From NCBI GenBank assembly GCA_964443575.1, contig CAYUDZ010000003.1:1-46633 (forward strand): a stretch of DNA of 46,633 nucleotides. Reading direction: 5' to 3'. Source of the DNA: an uncultured Chthoniobacteraceae bacterium (GTDB lineage Bacteria; Verrucomicrobiota; Verrucomicrobiia; Chthoniobacterales; CAKUMP01). The position numbers were made by a program, and so were the translations under genes. Of the stretch, positions 1-8,879 are shown in pieces. The notes under the pieces were generated by a model that saw nothing but the letters and a program-made list of their open reading frames with translations, made no database searches and was not told where the DNA came from. The stretch's first letter is position 1; each line of letters begins with the position of its first letter.

Positions 1-10
1 CGCAAATGAG

Positions 11-100
11 GATTCGTAATCGTAATCCTGATCGTAATCATATTCACCAACTGCAAGCCGTGGATCCAGATAAAGTCACGATTACGATCATGATTATGAA
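11..100. repeat. Hexamer-array imperfect palindrome, copy A: six tandem TAATCG/GATCGT-type 6-mers (11-46), a spacer, then four inverted ACGAT-type 6-mers (77-100)
   Basis: Read directly: gattcg taatcg taatcc tgatcg taatca tattca ... cacgat tacgat catgat tatgaa. The arms can pair (tgatcgtaatc 29-39 with gattacgatca 80-90). It shares the 11-mer tacgatcatga (83-93) with copy B (8734-8744). It may extend left of the window. Confidence 0.7.
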
Positions 101-195
101 AAGGACACTTACTCAAACCTCTTCGGAAACGTTTTAAGTTGTTGTCGGCCTTGGTTTCGAACCAGTGCACACATTTTAGCTATGAAATGTCCGGG

Positions 196-2607
196 CTAAA
201 ATTCCAGTGGCTTGGGTGGGGTAAGTGTCACTGCGGGTGCTTCCAACGGCTGATCGAATGGCCTGACGGCCTCCGCCCGCCGCACCTCGGCTACTGATTC
301 CTGGCTGGTATCAACAGCCTCAGCCTTCATCACTGTTTTGGTGACGGCGCTGTACGGGTCGATCCCACCTACAACCGTGGGCGATGTTACCATGATCGGC
401 TGTAAATCCCCCATAACAGATGCCACCTGGGCACGCGGCCACTGCCCGCCATCGGCGGTACTTTCCAACATGGCAAGCCCATTGTTCGTCAGCAAATCCA
501 ATTGCTTGCGACTAAGGAGTACCTGGTAAGAGGTCTCGTCAGTCAACAAATCAGCTTTGTCTTCAGGCACCGGCATGCCGGTTGACTTGAGTAGCTTCAC
601 AGCCTGTAAAGAACCGGGCTGCGGAATTGCCTTGGGACGAAATTTCTCGACACTGGCATTCATCACGTTAACCCAGACAGGCAAAGCGATATCACTACTG
701 AAAGCACCTCGGAAGATTGTCTGTGGTTTGTCAAAACCAACCCAAACACCGCAGGTTACTTCACTATTATAGCCAATAAACCAAAGGTCGGTAAAATTAT
801 ATGCGGTACCAGTTTTGCCACCGCCATCAAAGCGCTTGAGCCCGTAATTTAGGGTAGCTTTGTCAGCAGTGCCGGTCTCCAGAGCTTCGGCCAGGGAATC
901 GTGTAACTGGTAGGCAACATCGGGAGTCGTGCCACGCACGTCACCATGGGTAGAGCGGTAAACCTCCTTGCCATTCTTTTCTTCGATCCTGCGGATGACG
1001 TTCAAATCCTTGCTGAAGATACCACCACGTGGAATAGCAGAAAACGCGCGGGTCATCTCCACCAGGCTCACTTCGCTGCTACCAAGGAATGTAGCAGGGA
1101 ATTCCCGCAATTTACTTTCGATGCCCAGCGCCAGCGCAAAGCTTTTCACTTCATCCAATCCAATGCGCATTCCGAGCCTGACGGATGCGGCATTCTTACT
1201 TTTCACCAGCACTTCCTGCGCCGGCATGGTGCCCTCGTAGCGGTTCAGGATGCGTTCCGGCCCCCATTCACCAAGAACTCCGGTGGTACCGCCAATCATC
1301 ACCTGACGGTTATCCAGCGGCGCATCGTCCAGCAGGTAGCCGGGCGAAAACCCTTCATTGTAAGCCGCGCCAAAGACTATCGGCAAAAATGCAGTCCCTG
1401 CCGGGCGTCTGGAAAAAACCGCTCGATTGTACTCGCTGTGCTCGAAGTCACGCCCCCCAACCAGGGCCAGGATATTACCGGTCAGGTTCTCGACCATCAA
1501 CAAGGCACCTTGGATATACTCTGGTAGAGGTGGCTGCTGCGGTTCTGCACCTGAGGCAACCAGTTGCTGCTGACTGGCCTCGAACGTTTGCAGCATTTTT
1601 TCGTATTCCCCCAGCGTCGGGTGGGCGTAGCCTTCGCTCTGTTCGAGCTTGGTTAATTCATCATGCAATGATTGCTCTGCCAGTCCCTGCAACTCGGCGT
1701 CGATGGTGGTGTAAATCCTGTACCCTTCGCTAACCGCATTATCGAAGCCAATATCGGCAATCACCTGCTGCCGAATATAATCGATGGCATAGGATTGCGT
1801 AAATAAGCTGCGCCTGTTCTTAACATTCAGCCCGGCCGCGATTGCTTGCTCATACTCTTCCGGCGTCAGCATCTTCAACTCACGCATCCGGCCCAATACA
1901 AAGGCGGTTTCTTTTTCAGCAGCAGCACGGTCACTCCATGGTGACAGGTTGTTCGGGCTCTTGAGTAACCCGGCAAGCATGGCGCTTTCCTCAACCGTCA
2001 GCTCACGCGCCGGCTTACGAAAGTAGCCACGTGCCGCAGCTTCAACACCGTACAACCCAGCGCCAAAATATACCCGGTTCAAGTACAGTTCCAAAATCTC
2101 ACGTTTATCGAATTCGTCCTCGATACGCATAGCGAGAAAAACCTCTACCAGCTTGCGCTCGTAGGAGCGCTCACGCAGCGAGTAGGTATTGCGTGCCAAC
2201 TGCTGGGTCAATGTACTGGCACCCTGGGTAATTCTACCGGCCTGCCAATTTTTTAAAGCAGCACGCACCATACCGATGTAATCGACGCCTTTATGCTGGA
2301 AATACCTGTTGTCCTCCGCTGCGATCACCGCCTGGATCAGGTGATATGGCATCTCCTTAAGCGGAATAGCATCACGGTTGCGCACAAAAATCCTGCCAAG
2401 GACCTTGCCATTACGATCATAGATGATCGACGCCGACTCCATTTCGCGAATTTTGCCAAGGTCGTATTCGGCAGCCCGCGCACCATAATCTGCTTCGATG
2501 ATCTTCCAGGTGATGAAGCCGGCCAGCAGGCCAAGCACCACGATACCTGCCAGGGTGCCTGCTACCCATATGCGCCAACGACTTTTTTTAGCAGATTTTC
2601 TCTTCAT
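196..2607 (-). CDS. Class A penicillin-binding protein (GT51 glycosyltransferase plus transpeptidase-fold module, PBP1A-like)
   Basis: 803-aa ORF with an N-terminal membrane anchor (WVAGTLAGIVVLGLLAGFITW). GT51 boxes EDNRYFQHKGVD, GASTLTQQLARN and KREILELYLNRVYFG are present, as are transpeptidase boxes SKN and KTGT. The SxxK position reads TAFL (see findings). The C-terminal tail is low-complexity. Confidence 0.9.
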   Translation of the reverse strand: MKRKSAKKSRWRIWVAGTLAGIVVLGLLAGFITWKIIEADYGARAAEYDLGKIREMESASIIYDRNGKVLGRIFVRNRDAIPLKEMPYHLIQAVIAAEDNRYFQHKGVDYIGMVRAALKNWQAGRITQGASTLTQQLARNTYSLRERSYERKLVEVFLAMRIEDEFDKREILELYLNRVYFGAGLYGVEAAARGYFRKPARELTVEESAMLAGLLKSPNNLSPWSDRAAAEKETAFVLGRMRELKMLTPEEYEQAIAAGLNVKNRRSLFTQSYAIDYIRQQVIADIGFDNAVSEGYRIYTTIDAELQGLAEQSLHDELTKLEQSEGYAHPTLGEYEKMLQTFEASQQQLVASGAEPQQPPLPEYIQGALLMVENLTGNILALVGGRDFEHSEYNRAVFSRRPAGTAFLPIVFGAAYNEGFSPGYLLDDAPLDNRQVMIGGTTGVLGEWGPERILNRYEGTMPAQEVLVKSKNAASVRLGMRIGLDEVKSFALALGIESKLREFPATFLGSSEVSLVEMTRAFSAIPRGGIFSKDLNVIRRIEEKNGKEVYRSTHGDVRGTTPDVAYQLHDSLAEALETGTADKATLNYGLKRFDGGGKTGTAYNFTDLWFIGYNSEVTCGVWVGFDKPQTIFRGAFSSDIALPVWVNVMNASVEKFRPKAIPQPGSLQAVKLLKSTGMPVPEDKADLLTDETSYQVLLSRKQLDLLTNNGLAMLESTADGGQWPRAQVASVMGDLQPIMVTSPTVVGGIDPYSAVTKTVMKAEAVDTSQESVAEVRRAEAVRPFDQPLEAPAVTLTPPKPLEF

Positions 2608-2723
2608 TTATGGGACTTACTGATTCGAACCACGCTTAACATTCCCGGAATATTGCCTGCTGGCAACAATAGACAACAGGAAAATCATTTGCCGAGCATG
2701 CTTGCGGCAGACACATTCCGACA

Positions 2724-3890
2724 ATGAGTAATTCACTGGACACCAGCAGTGCAAGTGCAGAACTACGTCAGCGTATCAGCGATAATGGGCCTGTAAGCTT
2801 TGCCGAATTTATGTCTGTTGCTCTCTATGGTGAGCCGTTTGGCTACTACACGCAAAGCAAGCCCCGCATCGGGCGCAGCGGTGACTTCATCACCAACGCC
2901 AGTGTCTCCAAATTATTTGGTAAGCTTCTGGCACAACAATTAGCTCAAGCATGGTCGGCACTCGGCAACCCAAATGAATTGCACCTGATCGAACAAGGCG
3001 CCGGGGATGGCTGGCTTGCCGGTGACATATTGAACGAGTTGGCCAACCACCAGTCAGACATCTTCGAGGCGATCCATATGCATATCGTAGAACCACTCGA
3101 GCACCTTGCACAATCACAGCAGCATCATTTGGCCGGGTTCACTAATGTCACTTGGCACGAGAGCCTGGACCGGCTCGGCAGCCTGCAGTACGCCATCCAT
3201 TATTCCAACGAGCTGGTCGACGCTATGCCGGTGCATTTGATCGAATCCGATGGTAAACGCTGGCTGGAATTATTTGTAACCTATAATTCGGCTGTCGGCT
3301 GCTTTGAGTTTCAAGTAGGTGAACCCACTGAAGAACTACTTGCGAATAATACATTCAATAAACTGCCAAGCCGTCCACAAGGTTTCCGTAGTGAAATCTC
3401 GGTAGCTGCGGAAAACTGGATCACAGACCTCTGCAGTCGTATAGCTCGTGGCTATATTTTAGTGATCGATTACGGCATGCCGCGCGAAGAACTACTAACA
3501 CCCGGTCGCTCCCACGGTACCATCCGCAGCTATTCCAAGCACCGGCAGCTCGGTGATATTTTGGATTCGCCCGGCCGGCAGGACCTGACCGCCCACGTGG
3601 ACTTCACGATGCTGGCTGAGCATGCCCTGACTAACGGCTGGCAGCTTGCGGGCTTCACTGACCAGCACCACTTCCTGACCGGCGCTGCTGCCGACCTCTT
3701 GCTGGAATGGGAAAAGGCCGGCGCCAAGGCTGAGATTGCTGCATTCAAAACATTGTCCCACCCCGCCAGCATGGGAACCTCGTTCCACTTCCTCGGCTTG
3801 GCCAAAGGGCTCGTTGATGATGCTCAGCAACTCAGTGGGTTCCAGTTCTCCAGAAAATCAGATTATGACGCACTAATTAAAGCGGCTTGA
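2724..3890 (+). CDS. MidA/NDUFAF7-family (DUF185) SAM-dependent methyltransferase
   Basis: 388 aa. FAEFMSVALYGEPFGYYT, GDFITNASVS and LIEQGAGDGWLAGDIL match the MidA-family pattern. The gene is divergent from the PBP gene. Confidence 0.8.
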   Translation: MSNSLDTSSASAELRQRISDNGPVSFAEFMSVALYGEPFGYYTQSKPRIGRSGDFITNASVSKLFGKLLAQQLAQAWSALGNPNELHLIEQGAGDGWLAGDILNELANHQSDIFEAIHMHIVEPLEHLAQSQQHHLAGFTNVTWHESLDRLGSLQYAIHYSNELVDAMPVHLIESDGKRWLELFVTYNSAVGCFEFQVGEPTEELLANNTFNKLPSRPQGFRSEISVAAENWITDLCSRIARGYILVIDYGMPREELLTPGRSHGTIRSYSKHRQLGDILDSPGRQDLTAHVDFTMLAEHALTNGWQLAGFTDQHHFLTGAAADLLLEWEKAGAKAEIAAFKTLSHPASMGTSFHFLGLAKGLVDDAQQLSGFQFSRKSDYDALIKAA

Positions 3891-3929
3891 ATCTCCAGCT
3901 CTATTTGGCGATAGTCCCACGTCCCAGCG

Positions 3930-5294
3930 ATGAAAGCCAAGGTCCACATCAGAACGTACGGTTGCCAGATGAATGAACGCGACTCCGAGCAAGTCGCGCG
4001 CATGCTGGTCGAACGCGGCTACGAAATGACTACGCGTGAAACCGATGCCGATGTCATCCTGCTCAATACCTGCAGCGTACGCGATCTGGCGGAACAAAAA
4101 GCACTTGGTAAGATGGGAATGCTCGGGCGGCTCAAGAAAGAGAAACCAACACTGGTCACCGGTTTTCTCGGCTGCATGGCACAAAGTCGTGGCGCCGAAC
4201 TCCTCAACGATTCACCGGGTATCGACCTGGTGGTCGGCACCAGCAAATTCCATCGGGTTGCCGACTATATCGATGATTTGGTTCGCCGCAAAAACAGTAA
4301 CGGCATCGACGACCTGCGCACAGCGATCGTCGACATCGATGAAGAAGAGGGTTCGCAAAGTACCATCCGCGACCACGTCCTGAAGCCACGCCAGTGCACC
4401 GCCTTTGTCTCAATCATGCAAGGCTGCAATATGCACTGCACGTTCTGTATTGTACCATCAACACGCGGTTCCGAGCGCGGCCGCCCAATTGCCGAGATCG
4501 TTGATGAGGTACGGGAGCTGGCAGCACGAGGCGTGCGCGAGGTGACATTGCTGGGCCAAATCGTTAATCTCTACGGGCGTCACGAAATCCCCAAACATGA
4601 TGGCAAAAGTGCGTTCGTCCAGCTGCTGGAGGCCGTCCACGAAGTGGAGGGCATCGAGCGTATACGCTTCACTTCGCCCCATCCGATGGGCTTCCGCAAA
4701 GACTTGGTGGCTGCCTATGGCTATCTGTCTAAGCTGGTAGAGCATATCCACCTGCCTTTGCAGTCAGGATCCGACCGCATCCTCAAAGCCATGCACCGCC
4801 CCTACTCGGCCAACAAGTATCGCGACCTGGTGGCTGACTTACGCGCGGTGCAGCCGGAGATAGCAGTTACTACCGATATCATAGTCGGTTTTCCGGGCGA
4901 ATCCGAGGCGGATTACCTGGCCACCAGGCAGTTGGTTGAAGACGTGCAATTTGATAATGCCTTTATCTTTAAATATTCCCAGCGCCGTGACACCCCGGCA
5001 GCCGAGATGGATGACCAGCTAAGTGAAGAGACGAAGCTGGAGCGCAACCATGACCTGCTGGAAGTAGTAAATGAGATTGCCCGTCGCAAAACTGCTGCTT
5101 GCGTCGGCAAAGATGTCGAGGTGCTATGCGAGGGCCCCAGTAAGACCAATCGGGAGCGCTTAACCGGCAGGACACGCAGCAACAAAATCGTAGTCTTTGA
5201 GGGAACGGATCGTCATGTCGGTGAAATCTTTGACGTCCACATCGAACATGCCAGCCCGTTCACTCTATACGGGTGCGCTGCGATTCTCGCGTGA
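3930..5294 (+). CDS. miaB: tRNA-2-methylthio-N6-dimethylallyladenosine synthase (radical-SAM methylthiotransferase)
   Basis: 454 aa. The N-terminal UPF0004 cysteines are present (YGCQMN, NTCSVR, GCMAQ), as is the radical-SAM box CNMHCTFC. The C-terminal TRAM-like end is VGEIFDVHIEHASPFTLYG. Confidence 0.9.
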   Translation: MKAKVHIRTYGCQMNERDSEQVARMLVERGYEMTTRETDADVILLNTCSVRDLAEQKALGKMGMLGRLKKEKPTLVTGFLGCMAQSRGAELLNDSPGIDLVVGTSKFHRVADYIDDLVRRKNSNGIDDLRTAIVDIDEEEGSQSTIRDHVLKPRQCTAFVSIMQGCNMHCTFCIVPSTRGSERGRPIAEIVDEVRELAARGVREVTLLGQIVNLYGRHEIPKHDGKSAFVQLLEAVHEVEGIERIRFTSPHPMGFRKDLVAAYGYLSKLVEHIHLPLQSGSDRILKAMHRPYSANKYRDLVADLRAVQPEIAVTTDIIVGFPGESEADYLATRQLVEDVQFDNAFIFKYSQRRDTPAAEMDDQLSEETKLERNHDLLEVVNEIARRKTAACVGKDVEVLCEGPSKTNRERLTGRTRSNKIVVFEGTDRHVGEIFDVHIEHASPFTLYGCAAILA

Positions 5295-5328
5295 CAGCCA
5301 CCCATCCCCCTGCTAACTCCTACCGTTC

Positions 5329-5883
5329 ATGATTTATCAATTTTCTTTGCAGGCTGTCGGAATTGTTGTCGGCTCCGCGCTGATCGCCGGCCATGGCTTC
5401 GGGTTGCTAAAGCCGCAAGCGTGCTTCAAGGCGCTTAAGGAATTTCCGCGCAATAAAGTTGTCGGCTTTGTGCTGGCGACGATTGCCGGATTATGGGCGC
5501 TGTGGCTGATGGCAACTATGGACCTCGGCGAGTTCAGCAGGTTGCGCAACTTGCTGGTCATCCTGATTCCGGTGACTTGGTTTCTGGCAATCAAGTTCGT
5601 CGATGAATTCCTGGCCGTGCGTGCCTTGGGATTTGTTGCGCTGCTGGCCGCTGCACCACTACTGGATTCTGCATTTCTGCAGCCTCAGATCTCACGCTTG
5701 CTGCTGGTGGTACTGGCCTACGTATGGGCTACCAAAGGAATATTCTGGGTGGGTATGCCATACCTGCTGCGCGATCAAATCAGTTGGGCAACTGGCAACG
5801 CTTCCCGCTGGCAAATCATGATGGCTGCCGGAATCGCCTATGGCGTAGCAGTACTGGTCTGCGCTTTGCTATTTTGGGGCTAA
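5329..5883 (+). CDS. Hypothetical polytopic inner-membrane protein
   Basis: 184 aa with about 5-6 hydrophobic helices and no recognisable catalytic motif. It is tightly spaced after miaB. Confidence 0.6.
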   Translation: MIYQFSLQAVGIVVGSALIAGHGFGLLKPQACFKALKEFPRNKVVGFVLATIAGLWALWLMATMDLGEFSRLRNLLVILIPVTWFLAIKFVDEFLAVRALGFVALLAAAPLLDSAFLQPQISRLLLVVLAYVWATKGIFWVGMPYLLRDQISWATGNASRWQIMMAAGIAYGVAVLVCALLFWG

Positions 5884-5901
5884 CCCGCCTGTGAATGGCA
5901 A

Positions 5902-6273
5902 TTAAAAGTCAGGAGCTAACTTCGGATCCGGGTACACCATTACCGAGTCACCAACCTGCGGATTGCCTTTCAAGATATCGGCAACAGCAAACGGCTTCTT
6001 CTCATCAGGGTGTCTTTGCAGCAAGGCGCTAACCTTACCCTCACTACTTATTGCGTACATTTTCGTGCCAACCTCGACGGTGTACCCATAATTCATCCGT
6101 ACCAGTACAAAAGTCTCAGTCATATCAACAAAGTCTACGTTACCTAGTTTCTTTGGTGTAACCGGTGCCGGTTTATAGGTGTAATCATCAGATTGGATAG
6201 CGTTACATCCGGACAGTATCATTGCGGCCATAAGGGCCAAACCCAGCGGTAGGTGAGAGTAATACTTCAACAT
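5902..6273 (-). CDS. Hypothetical lipoprotein
   Basis: The ORF is open to 6348, but the internal ATG at 6273 gives MLKYYSHLPLGLALMAAMILSGC with a lipobox (L-S-G-C) and an AGGAGG upstream. No known domain was recognised. Confidence 0.6.
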   Translation of the reverse strand: MLKYYSHLPLGLALMAAMILSGCNAIQSDDYTYKPAPVTPKKLGNVDFVDMTETFVLVRMNYGYTVEVGTKMYAISSEGKVSALLQRHPDEKKPFAVADILKGNPQVGDSVMVYPDPKLAPDF

Positions 6274-6409
6274 GGTTGAAGGTAATAACCTCCTGTGACC
6301 ATCTAGACAATGGAAAAAACAGCAAATGGCTGACTTCTTGAGCGGCAATAATGGCCAGCGGCAGCAGCTAATTACGTTGGCATCGTCGTTGATACAATTC
6401 TTTCAGATA

Positions 6410-6967
6410 TCAATTACCCAAGCCAACAGCCTCCTTCTCTGCAGGTTCCGGTGCCGCGGTTCGTTTGTCGACAACGATCAGGGCGTGCGGGTCAGAACGA
6501 AATTCCACCTCAGCAAGGCGTCCCACATAACGCAATACCTCCAACAGTGGCACGCTACCACCAAGGTTAAGCGTCACCCGCCGCAACTTCATTTCCTCCG
6601 GGCTCAGCTCCGGAACAAAATTCAAATCTACCTTACCGCCACTGGCTGTCTTGGTTGCTTCGACCAAATAGGTCAATACGCTATCCAATGTAGCCTCCGT
6701 AAATTTAATATCTGTTAGCTGGACTGTCTCGAGCCTCTTGGTAACCGGTTTAGGTTTTTTTTCGTCAATTTCCACCCGCTTTAAGTATGCCCGTGCGGTC
6801 GGGTGTTTCGGGTTATTATCCAGGACCATTTGGAAGTAGGTGCGAGCGGTGACCAAATCGCCCGACTCGTAGGCCTGTAAGCCTTGCTGCATCGCCTGTT
6901 GCTCGGTAAGCGCGAAGGCATGCCCAACCACCATAATCGACGCGATGAGGATCAGAGTTAATTTCAT
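6410..6967 (-). CDS. Secreted protein with an N-terminal TPR motif and a C-terminal secretin/TonB short-N (STN)-like domain (function unknown)
   Basis: 185 aa. It has a signal peptide (MKLTLILIASIMVVGHAFA), a TPR-like stretch (QAYESGDLVTARTYFQMVLDNNPKHPTARAYL), a K/P-rich linker, and then the pattern IKFTEATLDSVLTYL...VTLNLGGSVPLLEVLRYV typical of STN-like modules. Confidence 0.6.
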   Translation of the reverse strand: MKLTLILIASIMVVGHAFALTEQQAMQQGLQAYESGDLVTARTYFQMVLDNNPKHPTARAYLKRVEIDEKKPKPVTKRLETVQLTDIKFTEATLDSVLTYLVEATKTASGGKVDLNFVPELSPEEMKLRRVTLNLGGSVPLLEVLRYVGRLAEVEFRSDPHALIVVDKRTAAPEPAEKEAVGLGN

Positions 6968-7033
6968 TACACCAATATGGCTTAGTATCGCTGCAAATTC
7001 AATCCAGGTAAGGATCGAAATTTGCGAATCAAC

Positions 7034-8395
7034 TTATTTGACAGCCTCGAGCAATTGCCGCTCATCCTTCTTGCGCTTGGAGTAATTGGGCGGCTGCTTC
7101 ACGTTGACTGTGCTTTTGCCTGTGATTAAGCGCGCGCCACGGTCACCGAAGAAGTAAGTTGCAGCCCAGTTCAAACCGACCCAAACCTTACTGCGAAAAT
7201 TGACCAAAAACATGATATGCACCCCAGCCCACAACAGCCACGCAACGAGCCCGGAAAACTTAAACCCGAGCACCTCTGCAACTGCCCGGTGCTTGCCTAT
7301 GGTTGCCAGGCTACCCTTGTCAAAATATGAAAATGGCCTGCGCTGCGGAATATCCTGTCCCGTCGATTTTGCCTTAATCTCACGTTTGATGAGTTTGCCA
7401 ACGTAAGAGCCACCCTGCAGCGCCCCCTGGGCAACTCCCGGCACCGGCTTGCCGGATTTGGCGCAGGTTGCAGCCGCCTGATCACCAATAACAAACACAT
7501 TCGGATGGCCGGGAATCGACAAATCGTTATCAACTTTGACCCTGCCGGCGCGGTCCAGTTCCACTCCCAATGTATTGCCTACTTTGGCGCCCTGCACGCC
7601 GGCAGCCCACAAGACACATTGTGCCGGGATAAAAGTGTCTCCACAGTGAACCCCATCTGCCTGCACCTCAGTCACAAATTGGTTTAATATGACCTCTACC
7701 CCAAGCTCATCCAACTGCTGGTGGGCAACCTTTGACGATTTTTCAGACATGCCAGGCAGTACCCTGTCGGCTCCTTCAATCAGGATGATGCGCGCGGTGG
7801 TGGTATCAACGTTGCGAAAGTCGGAAGGAATAATATCGTGGGCAATTTCCGCCATCGTGCCGGCCAACTCACAGCCCGTCGGCCCGGCCCCGACAACAAT
7901 AAATGTCAGGTGCGCCTCACGCGCCTTGGGGTCAGTCTCAATCTCCGCAGCTTCAAATGCCAACAGAAAGCGCCGACGGATTTCAGTAGCATCATCGATT
8001 GTCTTCAATCCGGGCGCATCCCTGCTCCACTGATCGTTACCAAAGTATGAATGGGTTGCCCCGGCAGCCAGTACCAGGTAATCATATGGTACAGCTGTTC
8101 CGGCCACCATCACCTCCTGCTGGTTCAAGTCAACACTCTCGACTTCACCCATGGCTACTGAAACGTTCTTTTGGTGACGAAAAATCTTACGAATCGGTGC
8201 TGCTATATCAGCCGGATTAAGCGCCGCAGTGGCGACCTGGTACAGCAACGGCTGAAAAAGATGATGGTTCTTGCGATCGATCAAAGAAATGTCTGCTGCG
8301 GCATCTTTGAGCTGCTTCACGGTCGCAATGCCACCAAAGCCCCCGCCAACCACAAGCACACGTTCGTTTTGATGAGTGTATTTATTGTCTATCAC
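7034..8395 (-). CDS. ndh: Type II NADH dehydrogenase (NDH-2, FAD-dependent pyridine nucleotide-disulfide oxidoreductase family)
   Basis: 453 aa with two dinucleotide folds (VLVVGGGFGGIA and FIVVGAGPTGCELAG). GD motif VFVIGDQA is present, and the C-terminal tail is hydrophobic. Confidence 0.85.
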   Translation of the reverse strand: MIDNKYTHQNERVLVVGGGFGGIATVKQLKDAAADISLIDRKNHHLFQPLLYQVATAALNPADIAAPIRKIFRHQKNVSVAMGEVESVDLNQQEVMVAGTAVPYDYLVLAAGATHSYFGNDQWSRDAPGLKTIDDATEIRRRFLLAFEAAEIETDPKAREAHLTFIVVGAGPTGCELAGTMAEIAHDIIPSDFRNVDTTTARIILIEGADRVLPGMSEKSSKVAHQQLDELGVEVILNQFVTEVQADGVHCGDTFIPAQCVLWAAGVQGAKVGNTLGVELDRAGRVKVDNDLSIPGHPNVFVIGDQAAATCAKSGKPVPGVAQGALQGGSYVGKLIKREIKAKSTGQDIPQRRPFSYFDKGSLATIGKHRAVAEVLGFKFSGLVAWLLWAGVHIMFLVNFRSKVWVGLNWAATYFFGDRGARLITGKSTVNVKQPPNYSKRKKDERQLLEAVK

Positions 8396-8595
8396 AATAT
8401 ATGTAACGTTTTTTCATGGCAGCTAAGTTGCCACCAATTTTACCTTATTCTGTCATGTCATGGTGGCATGATCGGCTCTAATGCCATACACGCCCGGTTT
8501 CCACCGCCACTACGGCAAAATAGCCCCGACCTTTTCGGCTTGGTTCTTTTTCACTCGACTGTACCAAAAAGACAGTTTATATTATCTCTATTCGC

Positions 8596-8667
8596 GCCTC
8601 CTTAGCTCAGCGGTAGAGCAGAAGACTCTTAATCTTTTGGTCCTAGGTTCGAATCCTAGAGGGGGTA
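8596..8667 (+). tRNA. tRNA-Lys (anticodon CUU)
   Basis: Hand-folded cloverleaf. Acceptor is GCCTCCT/AGGGGGT (with G-U pairs), D arm gctc-agcggta-gagc, and anticodon arm gaaga-ctCTTaa-tcttt (CTT at 8628-8630). The variable loop is tggtc and the T arm is ctagg-ttcgaat-cctag, with discriminator A. CCA is not encoded. A T-run follows. Confidence 0.9.
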
Positions 8668-8678
8668 TTTTTTTTATT

Positions 8679-8756
8679 GATCGTGATCGTGATCGTAATC
8701 GCAACCGTGATCGAAATCATAATCTTACGCTGATACGATCATGAATGCGAATTAGC
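8679..8756. repeat. Hexamer-array imperfect palindrome, copy B: about 8 tandem GATCGT-type 6-mers directly followed by inverted ACGAT-type 6-mers
   Basis: Read directly: gatcgt gatcgt gatcgt aatcgc aaccgt gatcga aatcat aatctt | acgctg atacga tcatga atgcga attagc. It starts 12 nt after the tRNA-Lys 3' end and contains the phased GATC sites. Confidence 0.75.
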
Positions 8757-8879
8757 AATCCCGAAGAAGTTTGGGTAAGCATACTTTTCATTAACTTGCT
8801 GGCTGAAACTGGCATTTAAGCATTGCTCAAATACGCTATAAAAACTAATACTCTGCTTTAATCTTCATAGGGCGAAATT

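Noticed and set aside
946-1733. Overlapping plus-strand ORFs of 193, 90 and 182 aa
   Set aside because: They are antisense to the PBP gene and contain no recognisable domains. They are shadow ORFs.
8481-8744. An 87-aa ORF ending in IDRDRDRNRNRDRNHN
   Set aside because: It reads straight through the tRNA-Lys gene. Its Asp-Arg repeat is simply the translation of the GATCGT hexamer array, so it is not coding.
8679-8756. The hexamer arrays (here and at 11-100) considered as a CRISPR array or minisatellite
   Set aside because: The period is 6 bp with no spacers, the units decay quickly, and an inverted arm follows. This is incompatible with CRISPR, and no cas genes are present.
8810-8827. A sigma-54-like promoter, TGGCAT-N-TTGCT, upstream of the oxidoreductase gene, attractive because an EBP is in the window
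   Set aside because: The GG-to-GC spacing is 12 nt rather than the canonical 10. Other TGGCAC occurrences (for example 14233, 17204 and 19044) lack a correctly spaced TTGC or lie inside genes.
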